In this document: positions 55,982 to 64,000 of the stretch, in pieces
Numbering within the stretch: the stretch's first letter is position 1
Layout: each line of letters begins with the position of its first letter
NCBI GenBank assembly: GCA_022749815.1
Contig: JAKIWV010000003.1
Coordinates: 158,048 to 222,047, forward strand
DNA: 64,000 bases
Direction: 5' to 3'
Origin: Thermoplasmata archaeon
GTDB taxonomy: Archaea; Thermoplasmatota; Thermoplasmata; Lutacidiplasmatales; UBA184
Made by a program: the position numbers and the translations under genes
Notes under the pieces: generated by a model
The model's input: only the letters and a program-made list of their open reading frames with translations
What the model was told of the DNA's origin: nothing
Databases searched by the model: none

Positions 55982-57001
55982 ATGCCGGTGTCCGTGGCCC
56001 GTTCGATCGCTCAGGACCGAAGGCCCCCGCCCGCCGGCACCACCTCGGCGAGCCAACTCGTGAACCAATGGACGGAGGCCGAGGCGATCGGGGACGAGAG
56101 GGTCCGGGCCTTCGTTCTGATTCTCCGGACCCGTGGGTGCTACTGGGCCGACCTGAAGGGGTGTTCGATGTGCGGGTACGCCAAGGACACCTTGGGCCGG
56201 TCCGCTACGCCGGAGGAGCTGGGCCAGCAGCTCGATGCGGCCCTCCGGGCGTATCGGGGCGAGCGGTATGTCAAGATCTACACCTCGGGAAGCTTCCTCG
56301 ACGACCGGGAGGTTGACGCCGATTCGCGGCAACGCATCGTGGCGGGCTTCGCCGGACGCGCCCGTCGACTCCTGTTCGAGACGCTCCCGGAGTTCGCCAC
56401 CGGTGAGGTGTTGGGTCCGCTCCAAAGATCCTTCCCCGGCGAGATCGAGGTCGCACTGGGCTTGGAGAGCACGCAGCCCGGAGTGCTGCTTCGTTACGTG
56501 AACAAGAATTCGCCGCCCGAGGCCTACTTCGACGCCGCCGATCGGGTCCGGTCGTTCGGTCTCCGGGCAAAGGGGTACCTTCTGCTGAAGCCTCCCTACC
56601 TCACGGAACGCGAGGCGGTCGAGGACGTCGTCACCTCCGTCCGGCTCGCGGCGCCCCACTTCGATGCCCTGTCCGTCAACCCCGTGCACATCCAGAACGG
56701 TACGGTCGTCGAATGGCTCTACCACCGGGGCCGTTACCGGCCGCCCTGGCTCTGGAGCCTCGTTGAAGTGATGCGGCGCGGGTCGGCCGAGCGCGGCGCC
56801 AGCCGCCTGGCAACCTTCCCCACGGCCGGTGGCCTCGCTCGCGGACCGCACAACTGCGGGAGTTGCGATGCGCTGGTACTGGCCGCCCTTCTGGAAACGT
56901 CGCTGTCGCAACAGTTCCAGGGGCTCGACGAGCTCCGATGCGAGTGCCGTACCGAGTGGCTCACAGACTCGACCCTGGAGCCGCTGGGGGTGGAGGCGTG
57001 A
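55982..57001 (+). CDS. radical SAM-like protein, TIGR01210-type (possible archaeosine-pathway RaSEA-like partner)
   Basis: RTRGCYWADLKGCSMCGY cysteine cluster; ~340 aa. Confidence 0.5.
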   Translation: MPVSVARSIAQDRRPPPAGTTSASQLVNQWTEAEAIGDERVRAFVLILRTRGCYWADLKGCSMCGYAKDTLGRSATPEELGQQLDAALRAYRGERYVKIYTSGSFLDDREVDADSRQRIVAGFAGRARRLLFETLPEFATGEVLGPLQRSFPGEIEVALGLESTQPGVLLRYVNKNSPPEAYFDAADRVRSFGLRAKGYLLLKPPYLTEREAVEDVVTSVRLAAPHFDALSVNPVHIQNGTVVEWLYHRGRYRPPWLWSLVEVMRRGSAERGASRLATFPTAGGLARGPHNCGSCDALVLAALLETSLSQQFQGLDELRCECRTEWLTDSTLEPLGVEA

Positions 57002-57804
57002 GCCTGGTCCCGAAGTTGTCCCCCCACACGGAGGCCACGATCCACCAATTCCTTCGAGGGCATCTCACTGAGTCCGGCGCCGAGGGGCTGATCGTGGCGG
57101 TCAGCGGTGGGATCGACTCGGCGCTCTGCGCCCGCCTCGCGCGCGACGCGGTCGGTCCGGAAAGGACCCACTCGCTCCTGCTCCCCGATGCGGCCTTTCC
57201 GCCCTCGCTCCAAGCGGAAGTCCTCGAGTACACCCGTCAGCTCGGGATCTCCTGCCGGGTCATCGCCATCGACGGGCCCGAAACGGCGTTCCGGGGGCTA
57301 CTCCCGGAAGTGACGGATCGGGTCAGCTGGGGAAACGTGAAGGCCCGACTCCGGATGGTGCTGCTGTACCTCTGGGCCCGCGAGCGTCGCCTACTTGTCG
57401 TGGGCACCGGGAACAAGTCGGAGCTGCTAATGGGGTACTTCACGAAATGGGGCGATGGGGGGGCGGACCTGCTCCCCATCGGAGATCTGTACAAGACGCA
57501 GCTTCGGGAGCTGGCGGCCCGGCTCGACCTTCCCTCGTCGGTCCGGGAGCGTCCGCCCACGGCGGGACTGTGGGAGGGGCAAACCGACGAGGGAGAACTT
57601 GGGTTGCCGTACTCCGAACTCGACCAGATCCTCTTCGGGCTCGAGCAACTCCGTACACCGGAGGAAATTTCCCGGGCGGCCGGCATCTCATTGGACCGGA
57701 TCCTCGGGGTCGTGGCCACGGTCGAACGAACCCGGCACAAACGGCGACCGCCGCCGATTCCCAAGCTGAGCCTGCGGACGGTCGGCCTCGACTGGCGAGA
57801 GTAG
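56998..57804 (+). CDS. nadE: NH3-dependent NAD+ synthetase
   Basis: VAVSGGIDSA PP-loop; GTG start overlaps the upstream stop (GTGA). Confidence 0.85.
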   Translation: MSLVPKLSPHTEATIHQFLRGHLTESGAEGLIVAVSGGIDSALCARLARDAVGPERTHSLLLPDAAFPPSLQAEVLEYTRQLGISCRVIAIDGPETAFRGLLPEVTDRVSWGNVKARLRMVLLYLWARERRLLVVGTGNKSELLMGYFTKWGDGGADLLPIGDLYKTQLRELAARLDLPSSVRERPPTAGLWEGQTDEGELGLPYSELDQILFGLEQLRTPEEISRAAGISLDRILGVVATVERTRHKRRPPPIPKLSLRTVGLDWRE

Positions 57805-57877
57805 GTCGCGCACCGGCCAAAGGTTTTAGCGGGGGCGTCCTCCCGGAGCCAATTCGACCAATTTTGGTCGGCCCCGA

Positions 57878-58777
57878 GTGGAGCTTTCCCGAATGGACCG
57901 CGAAGCGTACCGGCGCTACTACGAGATTCTGAAAACGCCCGAGGATGTGGACCGCGTCGCGGCCGCGGACCACGTCGACCGTGAGCTGCTGTTCATCATC
58001 CACACGCAGCGCGTCTCGCGCGATGCTACCCGGCGATTCTACGTTGTGAAGCGTCAGATGCCCCGGCTCGTGGCGCAGTGGCGGCACGGCAAACGTATCC
58101 TGGAACTCGCGACAGAGTTCGATTTTCCCCCGGTGCTGCTCGGCCAGATGCTGCTTCGAGAGCTCCAGCTCCCCCGGAAGCAGGTATGGGGCTGCTTCCT
58201 CGACCCCGCTTCGGCGCCCACTCCGCGCCTGCAATCGGAGATCCGCGAGGTGCTCGCCCACGACCTCGTCTACTCCCCCGAGGGGATGGAGCTCCAACGG
58301 GAGCGGGGCCGCCGGGGGGAGGCCCGGCTCTACGACTGGCTCGAGAAACACGGGGTCCCCTACAAGACCGAGAAGGAGCTGCGGGGAAAGTACCCGAAGA
58401 CCCCCGACGCGCTCCTCGAGCAGCCGATCATCTTCTACGGCCAGAAGCTCCAGTGGATCGAATCGAAGGCGAACTTCGGCGACGACGTGGAGCTCCGGAA
58501 GAACCTCCGCCGCCAGCTCGGTCCCTACACCGAGCTCTTCGGCGAGGGGGCCGTCGTCTACTGGCACGGCATCGTCGACGGGGCGGAGAGTCCGCCCGGG
58601 ATTCTTCTCTGGGATGCGCCGACGATCGAGGGGCTCACGCCGGAGGTAGAACCTCGTCGGGTCTCAGCTCACGCTGCGCACCCGACGTCAGGTCACGCTC
58701 GAGGACCACACCCCGAGAGGCCTCCTGAGGTCCGACGATCAGGGCCCGGCGAGCACGCCGACGAGCCGCTTCCCTGA
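57878..58777 (+). CDS. TPD/C15orf41(CDIN1)-like protein with predicted PD-(D/E)XK nuclease fold
   Basis: N-terminal helical/HTH part; C-terminal ...KTPDALLEQPIIFYGQKLQWIESKANFGDD (D...E.K); the C-terminal ~45 codons overlap convergent hisS and may not be real. Confidence 0.45.
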   Translation: MELSRMDREAYRRYYEILKTPEDVDRVAAADHVDRELLFIIHTQRVSRDATRRFYVVKRQMPRLVAQWRHGKRILELATEFDFPPVLLGQMLLRELQLPRKQVWGCFLDPASAPTPRLQSEIREVLAHDLVYSPEGMELQRERGRRGEARLYDWLEKHGVPYKTEKELRGKYPKTPDALLEQPIIFYGQKLQWIESKANFGDDVELRKNLRRQLGPYTELFGEGAVVYWHGIVDGAESPPGILLWDAPTIEGLTPEVEPRRVSAHAAHPTSGHARGPHPERPPEVRRSGPGEHADEPLP

Positions 58778-59936
58778 GCTGCCGCGACATCGACCGGCCC
58801 ATGAGGTCGGAATCGGCCCCTAGCCCCGCCGCGCGAAGCCGCTGCACCCAGCCCGCCGCTTCCGCGGCGAACTCCGGCGTGGCGGCGACCACGTAGGTGT
58901 CGAGGGGCGGGTCCCCCTCGGGCCAGCGGCCCGCGCCGCGGAGCAAGAGCTCGAGCGTTTGGTCCCCGATCGCCAGGCCGCAGGCAGGCGTTGACGGCCC
59001 CCCGAACAGCTCGACCAAGTGGTCGTACCGACCGCCCCCGAACAACGCCCGTAGGTCCCCCTCGCGAGCGTAACACTCGAAGACCGTCGAAGTGTAGTAG
59101 GCGAGCCCCCGGACGACGGTCGGGTCAAAGACGACCCGGTCGCCGAGACCGAGCGTCATGATCCGGGCGAAGAGGTCCTGGAGTCGTTTCAGCCCCTCCG
59201 GCCCCGGGTCGGGGAGCCCGGGGGCCTCCCAACGGCCCAGGAACGTGGGGACGTCGGCCGCAGGAACACCGGGGCCCGCCGCCGCCAGGAGCTTGGAGAG
59301 TTGCACCACTCCGTCTGCCCCGACCCCCGATCGCTGCAGCTCGGCCGCGAATTCGCGCTCGGTAACTTTCGAGCGTCGGTCCAGGGCGTGGAAGAAGAGG
59401 AGGAGGTCGCGCGCCCCGACGGAGCGGCCCACGGCTTCGGCGAGGCGTCGGTCGTTCACGCGGAATGCATAGAGTCCTTGAGCCCCCACTTCATCGAGCG
59501 CCAGGGCGGAAGTGGCGAGGACTTCCGCGTCCGCTTCGACGCCGGACACGCCGAGAATGTCGAAGTTCACCTGGGAGAACTCGCGCGTGCGACCGGCCTG
59601 GGGTTCCTCATACCTCCACAGCTTTGAGAAGGTCATCCACTTGACCGGCAAGGGCTCGGACTTCGCCCGTTCGGCAAAGACCCGGGCCAAACCCGGCGTC
59701 GTCTCGGGAATCAGTGCGACCTCGCGGCCGCCCTTGTCGTCGAACGCCCAGACCTGTTCCTCAATGTCGCCACCGCTCTTCACCCGGAAGAGGTCGAGGC
59801 TCTCGACGCTCGGGGTTTCGAGTTCCTGGAACCCGCAGCGGTGGCCGACCTGACGCATCCGTCGCCAGAGCTCCGAGCGGGCCGCCGCATCGGGAGGCGC
59901 GTAGTCGCGGAACCCCCGTAACGTCGAAAAGGGCAC
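58635..59936 (-). CDS. hisS: histidyl-tRNA synthetase
   Basis: class II motifs, ...ALIPETTPGLARV..., GGRYD. Confidence 0.85.
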   Translation of the reverse strand: MPFSTLRGFRDYAPPDAAARSELWRRMRQVGHRCGFQELETPSVESLDLFRVKSGGDIEEQVWAFDDKGGREVALIPETTPGLARVFAERAKSEPLPVKWMTFSKLWRYEEPQAGRTREFSQVNFDILGVSGVEADAEVLATSALALDEVGAQGLYAFRVNDRRLAEAVGRSVGARDLLLFFHALDRRSKVTEREFAAELQRSGVGADGVVQLSKLLAAAGPGVPAADVPTFLGRWEAPGLPDPGPEGLKRLQDLFARIMTLGLGDRVVFDPTVVRGLAYYTSTVFECYAREGDLRALFGGGRYDHLVELFGGPSTPACGLAIGDQTLELLLRGAGRWPEGDPPLDTYVVAATPEFAAEAAGWVQRLRAAGLGADSDLMGRSMSRQLREAARRRARRALIVGPQEASRGVVLERDLTSGAQRELRPDEVLPPA

Positions 59937-60006
59937 GGTCGCACGGAGCGGCGCCGGGTTATTTATGGGTCGGGGAACGAACGCCGCGGCGCCCGTCGAG
60001 TGAAAA

Positions 60007-61074
60007 TCAGGTCGAGGTCGAGCCGGACAGCGTCGCGGCCGCGGTGCGGAGTCGCCGGTACGTGGTCACGGCCGCACCGAAGTTCCGGCGCCGGATCAAC
60101 GCCCCCAACTGTCGGAGCTCCCGGACGACGGGTGCGATCTCGAGACTGGTGGCGGAACGGCCGTGCAGCCGTTGCCGGATCACTTGGAGGCTCGCAGTCA
60201 ATCCGGGGACTAGCAATGCCCACAGAACCTGGTTCGCTCCCGCGAGAACCCGTTCCGCGCGGTCGGAGCCGCCCGCCCGAGCGAGCCGCCGGCCTTCGGC
60301 CAGCGGACCTAGCGCCGGCCCCGGGTCCTCCCCCAGCTCTCGGATCGTCTCGACCATCAGGTCCGCCTCGGTCGTCAGGATCTGGCACGTCGCCCATCGT
60401 TCCTCGAGCGTGGAGAGGCCGTCGGAGGCTTGCCGGGCCCGGCGTACGGCTCCGGAGAGGTCGCCGGTGGCGAAGGACGTGCGACCGCTGGCCAGCTCGG
60501 CATCGATAGAGCCGGTGGGGACCAATGCCGCGAGCTCGTTTCGTCGGGCCGACTGGATCTCAAGATCCTCGGCGACCGCGGCAGCGACCTGGACGAACAC
60601 GGACCGTCGCACGTCGTCGAGCGTCGTCCGGTCCTCGGCCTTGAGCGCCGAGAGCATCCGCTGATCGGTCTCCTTGAGGTCGAGGCCTTCGCGTCGGCCG
60701 ACCTGAAGGAGCTCCTCGACCTGACGCTGGACGAGGGAAAGACCGGATCCGGGGAGGAGCATTGGGAGCACGGGCAGCAAAGGGGTCCCGGAGCGCGGCG
60801 GCGACGGAACTTCCCCCCGCGGCAGCGCGGGGAAGCGGGCCTGCGACGTGAGGAGGACCATCGAGCCGGCATTCCCAGAGGGCAGGTCCAGTTCCTCGGG
60901 CTCCGCTCCGACCGCCGCGAGGATCTCCGCGATGGCTCGGGTGTCGTCGGAGTCGCCCGCGCTGGGGCCGGCCGCCTCGCGCACCGGCTCGAAGAGGCTC
61001 GTCGCCAGTTGGCAGGATCTACAGTTCACTGCATCGATCGGATTCTCGTCGCCACAGACCGGGCAACTAACCAT
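60007..61074 (-). CDS. hypothetical protein with N-terminal zinc ribbon and long alpha-helical body
   Basis: MVSCPVCGDENPIDAVNCRSC then ~330 aa helical, Ala/Leu/Arg-rich. Confidence 0.4.
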   Translation of the reverse strand: MVSCPVCGDENPIDAVNCRSCQLATSLFEPVREAAGPSAGDSDDTRAIAEILAAVGAEPEELDLPSGNAGSMVLLTSQARFPALPRGEVPSPPRSGTPLLPVLPMLLPGSGLSLVQRQVEELLQVGRREGLDLKETDQRMLSALKAEDRTTLDDVRRSVFVQVAAAVAEDLEIQSARRNELAALVPTGSIDAELASGRTSFATGDLSGAVRRARQASDGLSTLEERWATCQILTTEADLMVETIRELGEDPGPALGPLAEGRRLARAGGSDRAERVLAGANQVLWALLVPGLTASLQVIRQRLHGRSATSLEIAPVVRELRQLGALIRRRNFGAAVTTYRRLRTAAATLSGSTST

Positions 61075-61209
61075 CGGTCGGGCTCCCAACGGCCCCTCGC
61101 TCGCCCGCGGTCGGCGAAGAGGGCAAGGGCTTCGGAGGATCTCTGTTCGGTCGCATCGATGAGCCGGTCGAGGTCGGCGTTACCGTCCCGGAAGGTCGCT
61201 TGCGACCTT

Positions 61210-62424
61210 TTAATCCATCCGCCAGGGTAGAACCCCGGGCTCCGGACCCCGCGGGGCCAAGTGCCGGCGCGCGGAGGGGGTGGGATGGTACCGACCCACC
61301 CGAAACTCCGGTGGCACCTGGATCGCCTGCCGTGCCTCCGGGGCCGATCGATGCCGGCACTTTGGGCATCGGAAACCGCGGCCGGCCCCTTGCGAACCCA
61401 TCCGATGGGCGCAGTTTGGACAGCGGGGGTTTTCCCCGGAGATCCGACGACGTCGGAGCGACAGGAGATCGATTCCCTCCACCCGGAACAACTCGTCGGC
61501 GTTCGAACCGCCCCACAGTCGGACCCGGTCACCTCGCACGAGGCTCCCTGCGACCCGGGGCAAGGTCTTCGTCGGCTCAAATACGGCGCACCGCACCTGG
61601 ACGCCGGAATCGAGCTCGACGGAGAAAAAGAAGTGTCCCCCCGCGTGAGATACGGGGCGCTCCGAAAGCCGACCCGTCAAAGTCCCGGCGGTAAAGGGCA
61701 CGGCGGGAACAGGCCACGCGCGACGTACGTGGTCTCCCGTTCCCTGGTTCGTTCGGAACAGCAACCACCGCTCGATCGGCTCTGACCGAATCTCCCGCAG
61801 CGCGGCGATGGCCGCTTGTGGCTCGGTGGATCGAAGGCCAAACAGGATGGGGCACGAGGTGTGGGGGGCGACGAGGATGCGCCGGGTCCGAGGGTCAATG
61901 CAGAGGAACAGGGCGGGGTGGCGGACCGCGGCGCGCCGAACGGATTCTCCATCCACCCGCCGTTCGCTCCCCCACCGGTCCGGCGGTCGATACGCGATGG
62001 CCTCCCACGTCGGGTGACCGGCGCGCCATGCCAGGGCGGCCGCCGCGCCGATCTGTCCGACCCCCGAGGCGGCGGATCGAATGAGGGGGTCCGTTCCTTC
62101 CAGCCACCGATGGACCTCGTCGAGCGTCACGATGCGCCGGACGGCTTCCCAGTACAGTTGCGCCGGGGGCCTTCGGCGGAGCACGAGGAGCGCCGGGTCG
62201 GTTCCCTGGTCCGCACCCGACGACGTCCGGAGCACCGTGGCCCAGAGCTCGTCGGTGAGGCGGAGCCGTTCCGGCTCGGTCAGATCCCTCCCTGAGCGGA
62301 ACGAGAGTGCCGGTCCCTCGGGCAACGACCCCACGACGTTTGGGCGGCCCTGGCCGTGACCGAATCGGGCGACCAGCGCCGCGTTGCCGCGGGTCTTCGT
62401 GGGCACGTTCGGGTTCAGTCGCAC
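61210..62424 (-). CDS. tiaS: tRNA(Ile2) 2-agmatinylcytidine synthetase TiaS-like protein
   Basis: ~400 aa; C-terminal OB-fold plus CPNC...CPKC zinc ribbon; N-terminal region compatible with the TiaS kinase-like domain. Confidence 0.5.
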   Translation of the reverse strand: MRLNPNVPTKTRGNAALVARFGHGQGRPNVVGSLPEGPALSFRSGRDLTEPERLRLTDELWATVLRTSSGADQGTDPALLVLRRRPPAQLYWEAVRRIVTLDEVHRWLEGTDPLIRSAASGVGQIGAAAALAWRAGHPTWEAIAYRPPDRWGSERRVDGESVRRAAVRHPALFLCIDPRTRRILVAPHTSCPILFGLRSTEPQAAIAALREIRSEPIERWLLFRTNQGTGDHVRRAWPVPAVPFTAGTLTGRLSERPVSHAGGHFFFSVELDSGVQVRCAVFEPTKTLPRVAGSLVRGDRVRLWGGSNADELFRVEGIDLLSLRRRRISGENPRCPNCAHRMGSQGAGRGFRCPKCRHRSAPEARQAIQVPPEFRVGRYHPTPSARRHLAPRGPEPGVLPWRMD

Positions 62425-62528
62425 CAGCCGCGGCTCGTGGATCAGGTCGAACCCTAGCGAGTGCGCCGTCCGGATGACCTCGGTGAGCGTGTAGGTGGTG
62501 CACCCACGGCGGGGGCTATCGGTGTCGT

Positions 62529-63491
62529 CTACCCCGACCCAAACGACGGTCCCACCCCCGGATCAGAGACGGCGGGAGGGAGGGGTCGGTTTCGCCGCCG
62601 ACGTCGGCGACGGAGGAGAATCAGACCGAGTCCCAGACCGGCGAGGACGGCAACTGCGCCGATGATCACTGCGTCGCCGGTCGGAAACGATTGGCTGAGA
62701 TGAATGACCACCGTGTTCCCGGGCTGCGGGGTATACTCTCCGGAAACACGCGCGTTACCCCATCCCAACGGGTCATTGGAAACCCGGGTTCCGTTGAGGC
62801 CCGTCGCCGACGTGATGGTGTAGGCATTGGGAGTGGCAAAGGAAAGGTTCACCGAGGGGACACCGGTGGTCAGGTTCCCCAGGATCGAGGGAAGATTCCA
62901 CGCCAGCTCGAAAACATGCGTGGCTGCGGCGGCGTTCCAAGTGAAAGTCGCGCCGAGGTTCGAGGTCACGCCAATCGGCGCCGACGAGGCATCGCTGCCC
63001 AGCGCGTTGCTGAAGGACACCCCTTGGAGCCCTTGGGAGGTCGGTTTGTTCCCGTCCAAGGTGACATTGAAAACGCCCGTGATTGTTGACACCGGGATCA
63101 GCTTCGCTTCGTTCGTTATGAGGTTCTGGAAGTGCGGCAGATCGACCACTGCGTCCACTCGACCATCGTGGTCGCCGAACCACCCGGCCAGGAACGGATT
63201 GTTCTCGGCCGCAGTGATCGCGGCCAAGAGGGCGTTTTTGGTCGAGGCGTTCGCCGGGAGTGCCGCGACGAGCGGACCGAAATTGCCGTCCATCGCGTAG
63301 CGCAACGCCGACCCGTTCGTCGCGGTGGTGGTCAGGCCCGCAGCGAGTGACCCGTCGCTCCCGAGCGAGAATGCGACACCGCCGGACGGGCCGTTCGCGG
63401 CGACGGCCGGCGCGCCGGCTCCGAGAATCAATGCGACGAGCGAGATCCCGAGGAGAAGCCGGGCGACGGGGGGTCGCGGCCGCCCGAGCAT
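62529..63491 (-). CDS. secreted cell-surface glycoprotein with C-terminal TM anchor and poly-Arg tail
   Basis: Signal peptide; more than 10 N-x-S/T sequons; Thr/Ser/Gly/Asn-rich; ...VIIGAVAVLAGLGLGLILLRRRRRRRNRP. Confidence 0.55.
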   Translation of the reverse strand: MLGRPRPPVARLLLGISLVALILGAGAPAVAANGPSGGVAFSLGSDGSLAAGLTTTATNGSALRYAMDGNFGPLVAALPANASTKNALLAAITAAENNPFLAGWFGDHDGRVDAVVDLPHFQNLITNEAKLIPVSTITGVFNVTLDGNKPTSQGLQGVSFSNALGSDASSAPIGVTSNLGATFTWNAAAATHVFELAWNLPSILGNLTTGVPSVNLSFATPNAYTITSATGLNGTRVSNDPLGWGNARVSGEYTPQPGNTVVIHLSQSFPTGDAVIIGAVAVLAGLGLGLILLRRRRRRRNRPLPPAVSDPGVGPSFGSG

Positions 63492-63511
63492 GGCGCGGTT
63501 CCTCCCGAGCC

Positions 63512-64000
63512 TTACGCCGCGCTCGCGAGAAGCTTCTGGTAGGCCGGCAGGTTATGATCGAGCTGGATGTCGGCGAGCGCCGGGCCGATGTTGTCCGGAA
63601 GCAGCTTGAGCTCGAGCGGGTTGGCCGCCGCTTCGGTAGCGGGCTTCGGACGGTGCATCACCCCGATCGGGATCTTGCCGGCATTCATCGTCTCGCTGCA
63701 GAGCCGGAATACCGCCGAGCGGTCGGAGGGATCGTACCCGGGAAGCTTCTCGATGTTGACGATCTTCTCGCGCCACTCCTTGAAGGTATCATTGTACGTC
63801 ACGCACGGCGACAGGTCCTCGACAAACGCATAGCCTCGGTGGTCCCGGTTGAATTGGAGCGCTTCCGACAGCACCGCGGTCATGGTCTTCGGGTCGCCCG
63901 AGAACGTTCGGGCGATGAACGCCCCCGAAGGGATCGAGAGGGCCGTCAGGATCGCGTCGAAGGGAACTTCGACGTTTCCTTCGAAGCCGAGGCGGGAGGT
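63512..64000 (-). CDS. 2-oxoacid:ferredoxin oxidoreductase beta subunit (TPP-binding), 3' portion; gene continues beyond the window edge
   Basis: C-terminal FVEDLSPCVTYND (conserved SPC.T.N of KorB/PorB); the reading frame stays open up to position 64000. Confidence 0.55.
   Translation of the reverse strand, partial: TSRLGFEGNVEVPFDAILTALSIPSGAFIARTFSGDPKTMTAVLSEALQFNRDHRGYAFVEDLSPCVTYNDTFKEWREKIVNIEKLPGYDPSDRSAVFRLCSETMNAGKIPIGVMHRPKPATEAAANPLELKLLPDNIGPALADIQLDHNLPAYQKLLASAA

Noticed and set aside
1-64000. CRISPR arrays, rRNA genes, IS elements/integrases
   Set aside because: No short direct-repeat/spacer periodicity, no rRNA-like conserved blocks, and no transposase- or integrase-like ORF was seen by eye.

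Overview
This window is a high-GC (~68%) archaeal chromosomal segment, densely coding, made up mostly of conserved housekeeping genes. The archaeal assignment rests on aIF2-gamma, S6e, L19e, L32e, S4e, RNase P Rpp29, Cbf5, PCNA, TiaS, a class-III-signal pilin and an archaeal prepilin peptidase. The proteins are not hyper-acidic, so this is probably not a haloarchaeon, and the lineage cannot be fixed from sequence alone. The core is a ~16 kb minus-strand super-operon (19.4-35.6 kb) running L3-L4-L23-L2-S19-L22-S3-L29-Rpp29-S17-L14-L24-S4e-L5-S14-S8-L6-L32e-L19e-L18-S5-L30-L15-SecY-DUF106(Oxa1-like)-Cmk-Cbf5, with most junctions overlapping by 1-4 nt as ATGA/GTGA. Other recognisable genes are: S6e-aIF2gamma-Trm112-like; an archaeal type IV pilin plus prepilin peptidase; a methylmalonyl-CoA mutase B12 subunit plus MeaB; an aquaporin; an FKBP; a GT2 plus epimerase glycosylation pair; AlaX; PCNA; two thiolases; CysRS; the archaeal mevalonate-entry operon (HMG-CoA synthase, thiolase, DUF35) with a GTGA-coupled DUF835 gene; a PAC2 proteasome assembly chaperone ending in an HbYX motif; SufS-like desulfurase; an M20 amidohydrolase; a stand-alone DnaK; citrate synthase; Sm-RibK-radical SAM-NadE; HisRS; TiaS; a surface glycoprotein; and a partial 2-oxoacid:ferredoxin oxidoreductase beta subunit at the window edge. 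The most unusual single feature is a tRNA-Arg(TCT) candidate carrying a ~35-nt insertion inside the T-loop. No CRISPR array, rRNA or obvious mobile element was seen. All calls were made by eye from the sequence and ORF track, so coordinates of non-ORF features may be off by a few nt.
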